64,000 nt of DNA from positions 14,942,001 through 15,006,000 of the forward strand of contig OZ024764.1 of NCBI GenBank assembly GCA_964016885.1. The letters run 5' to 3'. Position 1 is the stretch's first letter; each line of letters opens with the position of its first letter. This stretch comes from Eledone cirrhosa. Taxonomy: Eukaryota. The notes beneath the pieces are model-generated. The model was not told the DNA's origin. It saw nothing but the letters and a program-made list of their open reading frames with translations, and ran no database searches. Made by a program: the position numbers and the translations under genes. Shown piece by piece: positions 1 to 13,832 of the stretch.

Positions 1-1570
1 AGTCCCCCGCTCCATTATCTGGTGGGCTCTTAGAAAACTAGGCGTTGACGAATGGCTTGTGAGGGCTATACAAGCCATGTATAAAGAAACAGTCAGCAAG
101 GTTAGAATTAACAACGAATATAGTGAAGAGTTTAGTGTAAAAGTTGGCGTCCATCAGGGCTCTGTTCTCAGCCCCCTACTATTTATTATTGCCCTTCAGG
201 CTATAACAGAGGAGTTCAAGACAGGCTGCCCATGGGAACTCCTATACGCAGACGACCTGACACTCTTAGCGGAATCAATGGCCGAGCTAGAGAAGAAATT
301 CCAAACATGGAAGCACGGCCTAGAGTCAAAAGGACTTAAAATTAACCTGGCTAAGACCAAAGTTCTAGTTTGTAGGAAAGAAAACAAGGCGGCGGTCCCT
401 TCTGGGAAATGGTCGTGCTCGGTGTGTAGGAAAGGCGTAGGTAGAAACTCCATTTTATGTCCTAAATGCAAAGTATGGGTGCATAAAAGATGTCGTGGGA
501 TCACAGGTAAGCTAACTAAGAACATAGATTTTACATGTGGCCGGTGTTCTGGTGCAATAAGTAGCAGCAAGTGCCCACAAAATACTAGCTTTTTCAATTG
601 CGCAGAGGGTTCTATAGAAATAGTGGACAGCTTCCGTTACCTGGGCGATAAAATCAGCAGTGGGGGAGGGTGCTCTGAAAGTACTGTAGCTAGAGTCAGA
701 ACTGGTTGGAAAAAGTTCAGAGAGCTTATACCACTATTAGCCACTAGAGGGTTCTCCCTAAAAATGAAAGGCAGGTTGTACGATGCCTGCATACGAACAG
801 CAATGTTGCATGGCAGTGAGACCTGGGCATTGTGTGCAGAGGATATACGCAGACTAGAGAGGAACGAAGCTTGCATGCTCCGCTGGATGTGTAACAGTAA
901 TATATGGGAACGGCAAAGCATAAACGAACTAAGGAAAAAATTAGAGATAAGAGGGATCAGATGTTGTTTACTCGAGAGAAGGCTACGTTGGTATGGACAC
1001 GTGACGCGCATGAAAGTCGATAGCTGTATAACAAAGTGCAGGGCAATAAAGATAGACGGTAGCCACGGAATAGGCAGACCTAGAAAAACCTGGGACGAGC
1101 TGATAAACTCCGACCTCACACACTTACACCTCTCCAAGACAATGTCACTGGACCGAGGCCTTTGGCGGTACTCTGTAACAGAGAAGACCCGCCTTGCCAG
1201 TAGGCATCTCTAACAAAATACACCCCGTCCCGCCACCACCCCCACCCATCCACACCACCCCGTCCTATGTAAAGTTATGTTGGTGCTGCGCCATCCAGGC
1301 CGAAACAAATGAGATCGTGTAGGTGTCACGACAAAAAAACACACAGTCCACGCTGTAATGTGGCCGTGTAGGCAACACGGTAAAAACCTCCCAGACCCAC
1401 ACTGTAAATGTGGTTGGTGTTAGGAAGGGCATCCAACTGTAGAAAACCTGCCAGACAGTCCTATGCGAGCAAGACAATCACTCTTGCCTCAAGTGGGACT
1501 ACCCCCGTCCAAACCCATGCAAGCGTGGAACACGGACGTTAAACGTTGATGATGATGATGATGATGATGA
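1..1570 (+). mobile_element. RTE-clade LINE, subfamily A, 3' part (RT C-terminal half, 3' UTR, (GAT)n tail)
   Basis: ORF 59-1213 contains GVHQGSVLSPLLF, LLYADD and RRLRWYGHV..GRPRKTW motifs; 3' UTR ends in gatgatgat at ~1548-1569; near-identical to 56600-58288. Confidence 0.93.
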
Positions 1571-1577
1571 CATCTAT

Positions 1578-1628
<51 letters not shown>

Positions 1629-1859
1629 CTATATATATATCTATATATATTATATCTATATATATCTAAATATATAGTGTATATATATCATATATAAATA
1701 ATATATATGTATGTATAAATATGAAAACATATTTTTGTGTATATAATTAATTTAATTGAAATATATATGTACTGAAATTGGATTAAATGAACTGAATATG
1801 CCTATTAAATAACCCAACCTCCTTGTGTGTATGTATATATATATATATATATATATATA

Positions 1860-2628
1860 ATCATCATCATCACCGTTTTACGTCCGTTCTTCCACGCTAG
1901 CATGGGTTAGAAGGGTTGTCCTGTTGTGGGCAGTGTCTGGTCGGCTGACCATGCCTTGCTCATACAGGAACTGATTTTGGCTTGATTTCTACAGCTGGAT
2001 GCCCCTCCTAACACCAACCTCATTTACAGTGAGTGCTGGGTGCTTTTTCGTGGCGCCTACACGTCCACTTTACAGTGAGTCCTGGGTGCTTTTTTGCCAT
2101 GGCACCTCCACGACCACTTTACAGTGAGTGCTGGGTGCTTTTTTGCAGTGGGCGGGTGTGGGGGCATATTGTCTATATGCTTCAGCTTGTACCCATGGGA
2201 GGTCGGGTACTCTGTATTACTGCGTGACGCCAGAGGTCACGGTCGTGTGTCATCGCCTTTGAGAGGTGTAATTGGGTAAGGTCGGTTTTTATAACCTCAT
2301 CCCAGGTCATCTTGGGTCTCCCCACTCCGCGGTTTCCATCGACTTCTAGTGTTCTGCACCTTTTTATGCAGCTGTCATCCTTCATATGCATCACATGTCC
2401 ATACCAACGCATCAGCCTCTCCTGCACACAGCATTTGATTCCTCTTATGCTCAGTCTCTCTCTCAATTCATTTATGCTTTGTCGTTCGTGTATATTACTA
2501 TTACACATCCATCGGAGCATGCAGGCTTCGTTTCTCTCTAATCTACGTAAGTCTTCCACCTTCAGTGCCCAGGTCTCACTACCATGTAACATCGCTGTTT
2601 GGATACACGCATCATACAGTCTGCCTTT

Positions 2629-2632
<4 letters not shown>
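1860..2632 (-). mobile_element. RTE LINE subfamily B, 5'-truncated
   Basis: ORF 2182-2631 [14 protein letters not shown]; (CAT)n tail at 1861; truncated against (TA)n; matches 36706-37924. Confidence 0.9.
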
Positions 2633-2674
<42 letters not shown>

Positions 2675-2701
2675 GTTTATATATATATATATATATATAT
2701 A

Positions 2702-4971
2702 TCATCATCATCATCATCATCAGGTTTAGCGTCCGTGTTCCACGCTTGCATGGGTTTGGACGGGGGTTTTCCCACTTGAGGCAAGAGTGGTTGTCTTGCT
2801 CGCATAGGACTGTCTGGCGGGTTTTCTACAGTTGGATGCCCTTCCTAACACCAACCACATTTACAGTGTGGGGCTGGGAGGTTTTTACCGTGTTGCCTAC
2901 ACGGCCACATTACAGCGTGGACTGTCTGGCTGGTTTTCTACAGCTGGATGCCCTTCCTAACACCAACCACATTTACAGTGTGGGGCTGGGAGGTTTTTAC
3001 CGTGTTGCCTACACGGCCACATTTACAGCGTGGACTGTGTGTTTTTTGTCGTGACACCTACACGATCTCATTTGTTTCGGCCTGGATGTTGTGGGACCAA
3101 CATAACTTTACATTGAAAGGGGCGGTGTGGGTGGGGTGGAGGTGGTGGGACGGGGTGTGTTTTGATAGAGGTGCCTACTGACTGTAGTAGGTTTTTACTT
3201 TGTATTTAGGTAAGGCGGGTCTTCTCTATTACTGAGTACCGCCAAAGGTCTCGGTCCAGTGACATTGTCTTGGAGAGGTGTAAGCGTGTGAGGTCGGAAT
3301 TTATCAGCTCGTCCCATGTTTTTCTGGGTCTGCCTACTCCGTGGCTACCGTCTATCTTTATTGCCCTGCACTTTGTTATACAGCTGTCGTCTTTCATGCG
3401 CATCACGTGACCGTACCAACGTAGCCTTCTCTCGAGTAAACAACATCTGATCCCTCTTATTTCTAATTTTTTCCTTAGTTCGTTTATGCTTTGCCGTTCA
3501 CGTATATTACTATTGCACATCCAGCGGAGCATGCAAGCTTCGTTCCTCTCTAGTCTGCGTATATCCTCTGCACACAATGCCCAGGTCTCACTGCCATGCA
3601 GCATTGCTGTTCGTATGCAGGCATCGTATAACCTGCCTTTCATTTTTAGGGAGAACCCTCTAGTGGCTAATAGTGGTATAAGCTCTCTGAACTTTTTCCA
3701 TCCAGTTCTGACTCTAGCTACTGTACTTTCAGAGCACCCTCCCCCACTGCTGATTTTGTCACCCAGATAACGGAAGCTGTCCACTATTTCTATAGAACCC
3801 TCTGAGCAGTTGAAGGAGCTAGTATTTTGTGGGCACTTGCTGCTACTTATTGCACCAGAGCACCGGCCACATGTAAAATCTATGTTCTTAGTTAGCTTAC
3901 CTGTGATCCCACTACATCTTTTATGCACCCATACTTTGCATTTGGGACATAAAATGGAGTTTCTACCTACGCCTTTCCTACACACTGAGCATGGCCATTT
4001 CCCCGATGAGACCGCCGCCTTATTTTCTTTCCTACAAACTAGAACTTTAGTCTTAGCCAGGTTAATTTTAAGGCCTTTTGATTCTAGGCCGTGCTTCCAC
4101 GTTTGGAATTTCTTCTCTAGTTCGGTCATTGATTCAGCTATGAGCGTTAGATCATCTGCGTATAGGAGTTCCCATGAGCAGCCGGTCTTGAACTCCTCTG
4201 TTATAGCCTGAAGGGCAATAATAAATAGTAGGGGGCTAAGTACAGAGCCCTGATGGACACCAACTTTTACGCTAAACTCTTCACTATATTCGTTGTTAAT
4301 TCTAACCTTACTGACTGTTTCTTTATACATGGCTTGTATAGCTCTCACAAGCCATTCGTCAACACCTAGTTTTCTAAGAGACCACCAGATAATGGAACGG
4401 GGGACTCTGTCGAAGGCTTTCTCCAAGTCGACAAAAGCTAAGTATAGGGGTTTACTTTTAGCTAGGTACTTCTCCTGTAGTTGTCGTACAATGAAAAGAG
4501 CGTCTGTGGTACTTTTGCCTGACACAAACCCGAACTGCATTTCATCTAGATCAATTCTCTCTCTGATTAGTTGCGCTATTACTTTTTCCGTGACCTTCAT
4601 GACCTGGTCGATTAATTTAATGCCTCTATAGTTACTCCTATCTAGGGCATCTCCTTTTCCCTTATAGCAGTTAACGATGATGCTGCTACGCCATTCCTTC
4701 GGAACAACCCCATTCTGTACGACTTGGTTAACTATCCGGGTGACCATGGTGTGTCCCACCGAACCAGATGCCTTCAGCATCTCAGCAACTATTTCCGAAG
4801 GCCCAGCCGCCTTACCCGTCTTCATATCTTTGATTGCCTTACTTATTATACTACCTTCAACTAACACTGCTGGTCCCTCTATTGGATCGATCTGGGGGAG
4901 ACTGTCTTTCTCCCATTTGTTCTCCTCATTTAGAAGCCTTTCGTAGTGACACTTCCAAGCTACCTTCTAAT
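2702..4971 (-). mobile_element. RTE LINE subfamily A, 5'-truncated, RT domain ORF uninterrupted (3206-4867)
   Basis: 553-aa ORF with KAAGP, YRGIKL, QFGF, FVDLEKAFDRV, QGSVLSP and YADD motifs; no endonuclease domain; (CAT)n tail; locally duplicated 3' UTR. Confidence 0.95.
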
Positions 4972-5005
4972 CATATATATATATATATATATATATACAT
5001 ATGTT

Positions 5006-5037
<32 letters not shown>

Positions 5038-5495
5038 AAGAAAGGGGGGAAGAAAAAATGGCTTCACTTGTGCTTTCAACAAATTTATTTTCTTCACAAA
5101 ATCCCAAAAGAATTTTTCTTAAAAAAAATTAGTTTATAAATTAAGTTGTTGGTTGTTGGTTAGGTCTTAGGACTTCTTGGTTAACGTAGGAGGTATTGTT
5201 TCGTTTTTAGAAAGACCTTTCACGCTGAGGTGCGCTTGTCAAACTGATGTGTATGTGGTGTGTTGTTCTATATATAGGGATTTAACATGTCTGTGGTGTG
5301 GTGGGGGTTTCTTTTCTCCCCCTTTAATAAGTGCATGGGTGTAGGTGTGTTGAAAAAGTGTTCATAGCAGTAATGAGTTGAGACGGTGAGTAGGGTTGGG
5401 TGGGGAGAAATGTAGCAAGTGCTGCCTGCCCCAGTCATTCTCGAAAAATTCCTTTATTCAGGGGAAAAAAGCTTATATATATATATGTGTGTGTG

Positions 5496-5528
<33 letters not shown>

Positions 5529-5543
5529 ATGTGTGTGTATGTG

Positions 5544-5604
<61 letters not shown>

Positions 5605-5619
5605 GTATGTATATAATAA

Positions 5620-7562
5620 ATAATAATAATAAATAATAATAATGAAATTATTGTGTAAAGTGCTCAGGTGCACTACAACTCGTCAATATAGTACATAGAA
5701 TAATACACAAATGTCAGGGAAGTACATGTGTGTATGTGTTAGCTGTAATGTTGGCGGATCTCGGGAAGCATGGAGGCCTTAAAGGATGCAGTGTCTCGAC
5801 AGCTAACAACTGATGCAGGTAGTTTGTTCCATGCTTCAGCAACTCTGAGCGTGAAAAATGTTTCCGAAAGTCATGGGAACTGTGCTGTTTTCTTACTTTG
5901 TGGGCATGTCCACGTGTGTTAGACACATGGAAATCGAAAAGGCACTCAGGGTTGTTGTTGGCAAGATGGTTAACAATTTTGTGGGTGTTTACCAAGTCAG
6001 TTGCCAGGCGTCGGAGCTTCAATGAATCCATGCCCAGGGAAGCAAGGCGCTCAGAGTATGGTAGATGCCTGATGGAGGGTATTCGCTTGGTTGCACGTCT
6101 CTGAACAGTTTCCAGGCGGTCAATGTCCTGAGCAAGATAGGGGTTCCAGACTGGTGATGCAAATTCTAAGTGTGGTTGCACCATAGCTGTATACAGCCTT
6201 AAATAGATATCTGGAGAGCGGCTGACAAAGGTCTTGCTGAGTGATGCTAAGACACCCTCGGCCCTCTTGACAATTTTAGAGATGTGCCTCGTCCAACGCA
6301 AATCGCTGCTGACCGTAATGCCCAGGTCACGTTCACAGGAAGACTTCTTGATATTAGTGCTGTGGAGGGATTATGTGGACTCTGGGTTTTTACTCCCAAA
6401 ATGCATGGTGGTGCACTTGTCCACAGCTAGCTTGAGTTGCCAGTCTGAGATCCACTGTTGCATTGTGTCCAGGTCAGACTGCAAGCAAGATCTATAGTGT
6501 TCAGCATCTGTCCTTTTTATCTCAAGGTACAGCTTGATGTCGTCTGCGTACTTTAGTACTGTGGCATTCCTTAAGTTGGCATCTATGTCATTAATATATG
6601 CCACAAACAAAAGGGGGCCAAGAACAGATCCCTGAGGTACACCAGATGACATCTCATATGGTGAGGAATGCTGTCCCAGAACCATGACTACCTCTCTTCG
6701 ACTGAGAATGAAGGACTTCAACCAGTTAAAAAGATCATCCTTCACACCCATTGCAGAGAGTTTTGCCATAAGCCTTTTGTGTGGCACAGAATTGAAGGCC
6801 TTCGCAAAGTCAAGGTAAACAACATCCACCCATGAGCCGCCATCAGTGATCCGGGTGATGTCCTCAAGAAACTCTATAAGTTGATCACAGCAGCTGGAGT
6901 TGGGAATAAATCCAAATTGCGAGGGCCGGATAAGACTGTGAGAGCTCCAGAAGTTCCAAAGTGTTTGTCTGACACAGGATTCCATCAGTTTGGCGATGCA
7001 ACTAGTAAGACTGACTAGACGATAGTTCACAGGTGATGTGCGGTCACCCTTTTTGAACAGAGGAATGACACTGGCAGTTTTCCACTGTTCTGGAGTAGCA
7101 CTGTTGTTCAGACAGAATTGGAAGAAGCGTGATAACTGGTGTAGAAGGAAGTACCCACCACGTTTAAGAAGCAGGTACGTAACACCATCAAGACCAGGAG
7201 AGGCATGGTTGCGTTTATTTTTTAGGTGACGTCGCAGCATTGCAGGTGTAAATTCCATGGTTGTAATAGAGTCCGGTGTCATAGGTGGTGGAGATGGTAC
7301 ACTCTGGTCTTCAATGGTGAAAATGCCTGCATAGCATTCAGCAATGAGCTCTGCGCATTCCTTGGGGTCGTCAGTAACCTGGCTTGTGTGGGGATTGCGA
7401 AGAGGACCAACTGGAGAGTGAGGCCTCTGCTTTGAGTGAACATACTTCCAGAACACCTTACTGTCAGGGCTGGTTGCTATGCGCTGCTCAAATTGAAGCA
7501 CTGCCTTTTTTGTCACCTGTTTGAGGTGGTTGGACGATCTATTTCGCCTCTTCCTATTAATG
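5620..7562 (-). mobile_element. CR1-clade LINE, 5'-truncated and disrupted
   Basis: ORFs 6371-7516 (DVVYLDFAKAFNSVPH, SGVPQGSVLGPLLF, YADD) and 5714-6301 (PHLEFASPVWNP, LETVQRRATK, YSERLASLG); (ATT)n tail near 5620-5650. Confidence 0.9.
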
Positions 7563-8204
7563 TCTGATATATGTGTATATATATGTGTGTATATGTATAT
7601 ATATATATATATATATGCCCATGTGGAGGTATGAGTACATATTCGTGTGTGTACGTATGTGTATGTGTGTTTTTATATGTGTCTCTATATGTTTTTGTGT
7701 ATGTATTTGTACATGGGTGTGTGATTGATGGTGTGTGCCTATATATTCCTACATATGCCCGTGTGTGTATGTACGTATATGCACACATATGTGTGTGTTG
7801 AACAAAGGACTAACTTTGGGATGGACGTTGAAAAATTCCCAAAAGTCAGCTCAAAAGTAATTGTGTATGGTTGACCGTATATTTAATTAATTTCCACATG
7901 CTGTTAAAAGGTTGGGTAGATTTTCTATAGTGGTTGGCTGCGAAGATGCTGATATCATATATTTATTTACTGTTTCTTCATAGGTGTCTTTTAATCTTAT
8001 AGCCTGGTCTAATTTATTTTTTGTGTGGTTAATTATGCTAATTGGGAGAAGAAATGATGTATATATTATCAAATAATTCTATGGATATGCTTTACTTTAT
8101 AGTATTTGGCTCTGATTATTTAATTTATTAATTCTTCCTTGAGCCACATCTTGAATGGTTGCCAAAACACATATATATCTGTGACTTTGTTTAATTGGTG
8201 TATG

Positions 8205-8214
8205 TGTAAATATT

Positions 8215-8246
<32 letters not shown>

Positions 8247-8299
8247 TGCATATATATATATAAACATATATACACACATATATACATACACACACAGAC

Positions 8300-8338
<39 letters not shown>

Positions 8339-8391
8339 TGCATATATATATATAAACATATGTACACACATATATACATACACACACAGAC

Positions 8392-8428
<37 letters not shown>

Positions 8429-8477
8429 TGCATATATATAAATATATATACACACATATATACATACACACACAGAC

Positions 8478-8510
<33 letters not shown>

Positions 8511-8563
8511 TGCATATATATATATAAACATATATACACACATATATACATACACACACAGAC

Positions 8564-8600
<37 letters not shown>

Positions 8601-8649
8601 TATATATATATAAACATATATACACACATATATACATACACACACAGAC

Positions 8650-8692
<43 letters not shown>

Positions 8693-8742
8693 TGCATATA
8701 TATATATAAACATATATACACACATATATACATACACACACA

Positions 8743-8778
<36 letters not shown>

Positions 8779-8804
8779 CACACACACATATATACACACA
8801 CACG

Positions 8805-8868
<64 letters not shown>

Positions 8869-8921
8869 TGCATATATATATATAAACATATATACACACA
8901 TATATACATACACACACAGAC

Positions 8922-8952
<31 letters not shown>

Positions 8953-8978
8953 CACACACACATATATACACACACACG

Positions 8979-9034
<56 letters not shown>

Positions 9035-9087
9035 TGCATATATATATATAAACATATATACACACATATATACATACACACACAGAC

Positions 9088-9118
<31 letters not shown>

Positions 9119-9144
9119 CACACACACATATATACACACACACG

Positions 9145-9206
<62 letters not shown>

Positions 9207-9256
9207 TGCATATATATATATAAACATATATACACACATATATACATACACACACA

Positions 9257-9312
<56 letters not shown>

Positions 9313-9420
9313 TGCATATATATATATAAACATATATACACACATATATACATACACACACAGACATATATATATATATATATATATATACATACACACA
9401 CACATATATACACACACACG

Positions 9421-9482
<62 letters not shown>

Positions 9483-9532
9483 TGCATATATATATATAAA
9501 CATATATACACACATATATACATACACACACA

Positions 9533-9582
<50 letters not shown>

Positions 9583-9686
9583 TGCATATATATATATAAA
9601 CATATATACACACATATATACATACACACACAGACATATATATATATATATATATACATACACACACACATATATACACACACACG

Positions 9687-9740
<54 letters not shown>

Positions 9741-9817
9741 TGCATATATATATAAACATATATACACATATATATACATACACACACAGACATATATATA
9801 TATATATATATATACAT

Positions 9818-9892
<75 letters not shown>
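8205..9892. repeat. Compound (TA)n/(CA)n microsatellite with higher-order period
   Basis: Recurring catgcatatatatatataaacatatatacacacatatatacatacacacacagac unit. Confidence 0.95.
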
Positions 9893-10194
9893 GATTAAAC
9901 TTAAACAAATAATTTCTGCAAAAAGTAAACAGAAAACAGCCATGCAAACAATATAACAACAGTACAATGAAGAAATAAATTAGTTTAACACTTGATATAG
10001 TAGGAAAGGAGACTTAACGTTTCTGACACAAGTCTTTCATCAGAAGATAGGGGGAGGAATTTAAAAAAAAGGGAATAAAAAGATAGAGGAGACTGAGACG
10101 AGGAAAAAATTGAAAAAACGAATATGAGCAAAGAAAAAAACTTGTGTTTTCAGTTAACCATTTTAGGGAAACGCTGATGAGGGAGTATCTTAGA

Positions 10195-10440
10195 TGTTAG
10201 AGAGGAGACTGAGGTTAGCTGGACATGCTCACCGACATCCTGAGTTGACACTGCACTCAGTGCTCCTGTGGGAGCCCCTACATGGACACACTGGAAGAGG
10301 AAGACCAAGGTTAACATATGTTGATGCCCTAAGGACAGACACTGGTCTGTTGGAAACGCAGGACATGGCAGCGATAATGAGGGACAGAGACCGCTGGAGA
10401 GGACTCGTTCATGGATCTCGGCAATTTTACCCGCCCTAGA
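10195..10440 (+). mobile_element. 3' end of a distinct RTE-like LINE
   Basis: [30 protein letters not shown]; second copy at 49017-49205 (-). Confidence 0.8.
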
Positions 10441-10585
10441 TATATATATATATATATATATATAATATAAGATCAAAAGATGGTTATATGATCTTATATT
10501 ATTTATACTCCAGTCCCACAAACTGTAGAGTGCTACTTATCCGATATCTGCATTGCTTTATTGTACTACAATAAAACTCACCTCC

Positions 10586-10625
<40 letters not shown>

Positions 10626-10628
<3 letters not shown>

Positions 10629-10848
10629 TCATCATCATCATCATCATCATCATCGTTTAACGTCCCTGTTCCACGCTTGCATGGGTTTGGACGGGAGTTT
10701 TCCCACTTGAGGCAAGAGTGGTTGTCTTGCTCGCATAGGACTGTCTGGCAGGTTTTCTACAGTTGGATGCCCTTCCTAACACCAACCACATTTACAGTGT
10801 GGGGCTGGGAGGTTTTTACCGTGTTGCCTACACGGCCACATTACAGCG
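10626..10848 (-). mobile_element. RTE subfamily A 3'-UTR fragment
   Basis: Matches the 3' UTRs at 1350-1570 and 2702-2920; (CAT)n tail. Confidence 0.85.
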
Positions 10849-10894
<46 letters not shown>

Positions 10895-10946
10895 GTAATA
10901 ATAAATGCAAAGATCCGAACTTTCGGATCTAGCTGTCGAAACGGCC

Positions 10947-10949
<3 letters not shown>

Positions 10950-10990
<41 letters not shown>

Positions 10991-11045
10991 TATATATATA
11001 GAGAGAGAGTGACAGAGAGATAGATAGAGAGAGAGAGAGAGAGAG

Positions 11046-11086
<41 letters not shown>

Positions 11087-11149
11087 TTTATATATATATA
11101 GAGAGAGAGTGACAGAGAGATAGATAGATAGAGAGAGAGAGAGATAGAG

Positions 11150-11180
<31 letters not shown>

Positions 11181-11185
11181 CAGAG

Positions 11186-11258
<73 letters not shown>

Positions 11259-11323
11259 TATATATATAGAGAGAGAGTGACAGAGAGATAGATAGATAGA
11301 GAGAGAGAGAGATAGAGAGATAG

Positions 11324-11356
<33 letters not shown>

Positions 11357-11367
11357 TAGAGAGAGAG

Positions 11368-11420
<53 letters not shown>

Positions 11421-11473
11421 TATATATATAGAGAGAGAGTGACAGAGAGATAGATAGATAGAGAGAGAGAGAG

Positions 11474-11517
<44 letters not shown>

Positions 11518-11523
11518 ACAGAG

Positions 11524-11558
<35 letters not shown>

Positions 11559-11615
11559 TATTTATATATATATATATAGAGAGAGAGAGAGTGACAGAGA
11601 GAGAGAGAGAGAGAG

Positions 11616-11682
<67 letters not shown>

Positions 11683-11710
11683 CGCACACAGAGAGACAGA
11701 GAGAGAGAAA
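10950..11710. repeat. (GA)n/(GATA)n microsatellite
   Basis: Direct inspection. Confidence 0.95.
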
Positions 11711-12029
11711 GATAAAGAATTCTGAAAGAGTTAAAAATAATTAGGACTCGGGATCAAACGAATTTTGATGAAAAGGATCATAAAAATATGAAATGAAGGG
11801 AATTTTCACATAACTTCAACATTCTTCTACACAATGCCTATATATAGACATTGAAACATTGCATTATATATTTTTTTATTCACAATGTGTATCAATAGAC
11901 ATTGATACGTTGTATACATATATATTTTTTCACACACTGTGTGTATACTTTCACATAAAATGAGAAGTTAATTAGTAAAATAATAGAAGTGTGAGATATC
12001 AATCAATCTAACTATCTATCTATCTTATT

Positions 12030-13300
12030 TGTCCCCTTCTTTTGTTCCCCTGTGGCTAATAAAAAAATATATCTATCTATCTATCTTATTTTATTTTTAT
12101 ATTTTGTTATTGCCTCCTCCTTATTGAGGACGCCTTGTTATGTAAACTGCCCCCATTGTACTTGTCCCACTTTTTGATGCCTTGGTGGCAAATAAAAAGA
12201 AAATTATCTATCTATCTATTTGTCCCCTTCTTTTGTGCCCCTGTGGCTAATAAAGAAACATATCTATCTATCTATCTATCTCTATCTATTTGTCCCCTTC
12301 TTTTGTGCCCCTGTGGCTATTGTCCCCTTCTTTTGTGCCCCTGTGGCTAATAAAGAAACATATCTTTCTATCTATATCTATCTATCTATCTATCTATCTA
12401 TTTGTCCCCTTCTTGGGTGCGACGACGCCCTCGGAGAAGCCCTAGGCATGGAGGAAGACGAACTGGCCAACCTGTTCGGTAGGACATTCAGCCAGGGACC
12501 CATGGATAACTTCCAGAGGTCCCTGGCCTGGCAGTGCTACAGAAGGGCTCTGCCCGTTCGAGAAAGGCTCTACAGACACGGGCACCCAGGTACGGACCCC
12601 TCGAAAAAGATCTGTCCCAGATGCGTGTGCGACAAGGAAACCGTTGCACATGCATTGGTACACTGCTCGGGCATTGCCGATCTGTGGGGCTATGTCGAAC
12701 AACTGCTGTCAAGGGTGGGGCCGATCCGGTTGACCACCGAGTCTATTGTAATGATCAAGCCGCCTCCCCTCTTCAAAAACGAAGGAGAGGCGGTGTTTCT
12801 GTGCGTAATAGCCATGGCGAAAGAGGTTGTATGGTGGACGCGTCTGAAAGGACTGAGGTCAGACACCTTTCTCTCTGGCCAACAACTGGTCTGTTTCTTC
12901 TGATATCATTTCAGAAGAAGGATCAGGATGGAGAGAGAAATGCTGCACCCCAGTCGTTTTTATGAAAGACGGGTGAAAGTGGCGAGAATGGCCTTCTCTT
13001 TACATCAGACTATATATAGGTAGATAGATAGATAGATAGATAACTTTCTTTTTATTTGCCACCAGGGCATCAAAAGAGGGACAAGTACAAAGGGGGGAGT
13101 TTACATGCAAAGGCATCCTCAATATGGAGGAGGCAATAACAAGATATAAAAGTATAAAAATAAAATAAAATATAACAAAATAAATTTTGTAACAAAATCC
13201 TCAATAGGAAGGAGGCGCCTTAGGGGGTCGCACACACCCCCGAAAAAAAGTGTGCAACCCTTCTCCTCAGGAGCACAGAGAGCGGGTGCTCCCTTGAGAT
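12030..13300. mobile_element. Tx1/L1-like LINE C-terminal fragment plus repeated 3'-tail pieces in both orientations
   Basis: 12415-12900 (+) encodes zf-RVT-like LAWQCYRRALPV..CPRCVCDKETVAHALVHC; repeated tttgtccccttcttttgtgcccctgtggctaataaag tails. Confidence 0.65.
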
Positions 13301-13322
13301 AGATAGATAGATAAATAGGTAG

Positions 13323-13356
<34 letters not shown>

Positions 13357-13576
13357 AGCGAGAGAGAGAAACAGGTTGTTGGTAGAATACACACACACAC
13401 ATATATATGTGTGTGTGTGTGTGTATAAAAAGAGGAGGAGGAGGAGGTGGTGAAAGGAAGAAGAAAAGAAAGAGAAAGAAGAAAGAAGAGGGAGAAAAAG
13501 AAAAGAATAAGAAAAGATAGACAGAAAACAAGAAGAAAACAGAGGATGTGACCAAAATGGTGAGAGTGTCTGCAAA

Positions 13577-13613
13577 TATAAAAAAAAGCCGTTTCAAATA
13601 TTTTTTTGGTAGT
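13577..13613 (+). promoter_or_regulatory. Putative core promoter of gene A (TATA box and initiator-like TTGGTAGT)
   Basis: TATAAAAA at 13577 and TTGGTAGT at 13606; same spacing as at 43877/43906. Confidence 0.5.
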
Positions 13614-13817
13614 ATAGTTTTTGGTTGCTCACCTTTCAAGCACTTTGCTATACTCTGCACGCCAACATCATCTTTTTAGACAGCTTCTTCAGTCATCTGA
13701 AAAGGGTTTTAAAAAAAAAACATCCATTTTGATTTTAGTCCTTTCGTTATAATCTAAATTGCGATTATTAATAATATATTTTCTGAACACTTTTCAATTG
13801 TAACCGAAAACTAAAAG
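13611..13817 (+). other. Putative non-coding exon 1 of gene A
   Basis: ATG-free ~207 nt after the TATA box, ending in donor AAG|GTAAGA. Confidence 0.45.
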
Positions 13818-13832
13818 GTAAGAAAAACTTGT

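Noticed and set aside
8120-9967. Long YI/CV/HT-repeat ORFs here and at 17369-18799, 21021-23319, 33549-34187, 58412-60675 and elsewhere
   Set aside because: Translations of dinucleotide microsatellites, open in several frames on both strands
13633-13696. Minus-strand exon (ttttcag|ATGACTG..AAAG|gtgagc)
   Set aside because: Stops in all three frames and no partner coding exons found; the plus-strand promoter model fits better, though a UTR or antisense exon is not excluded
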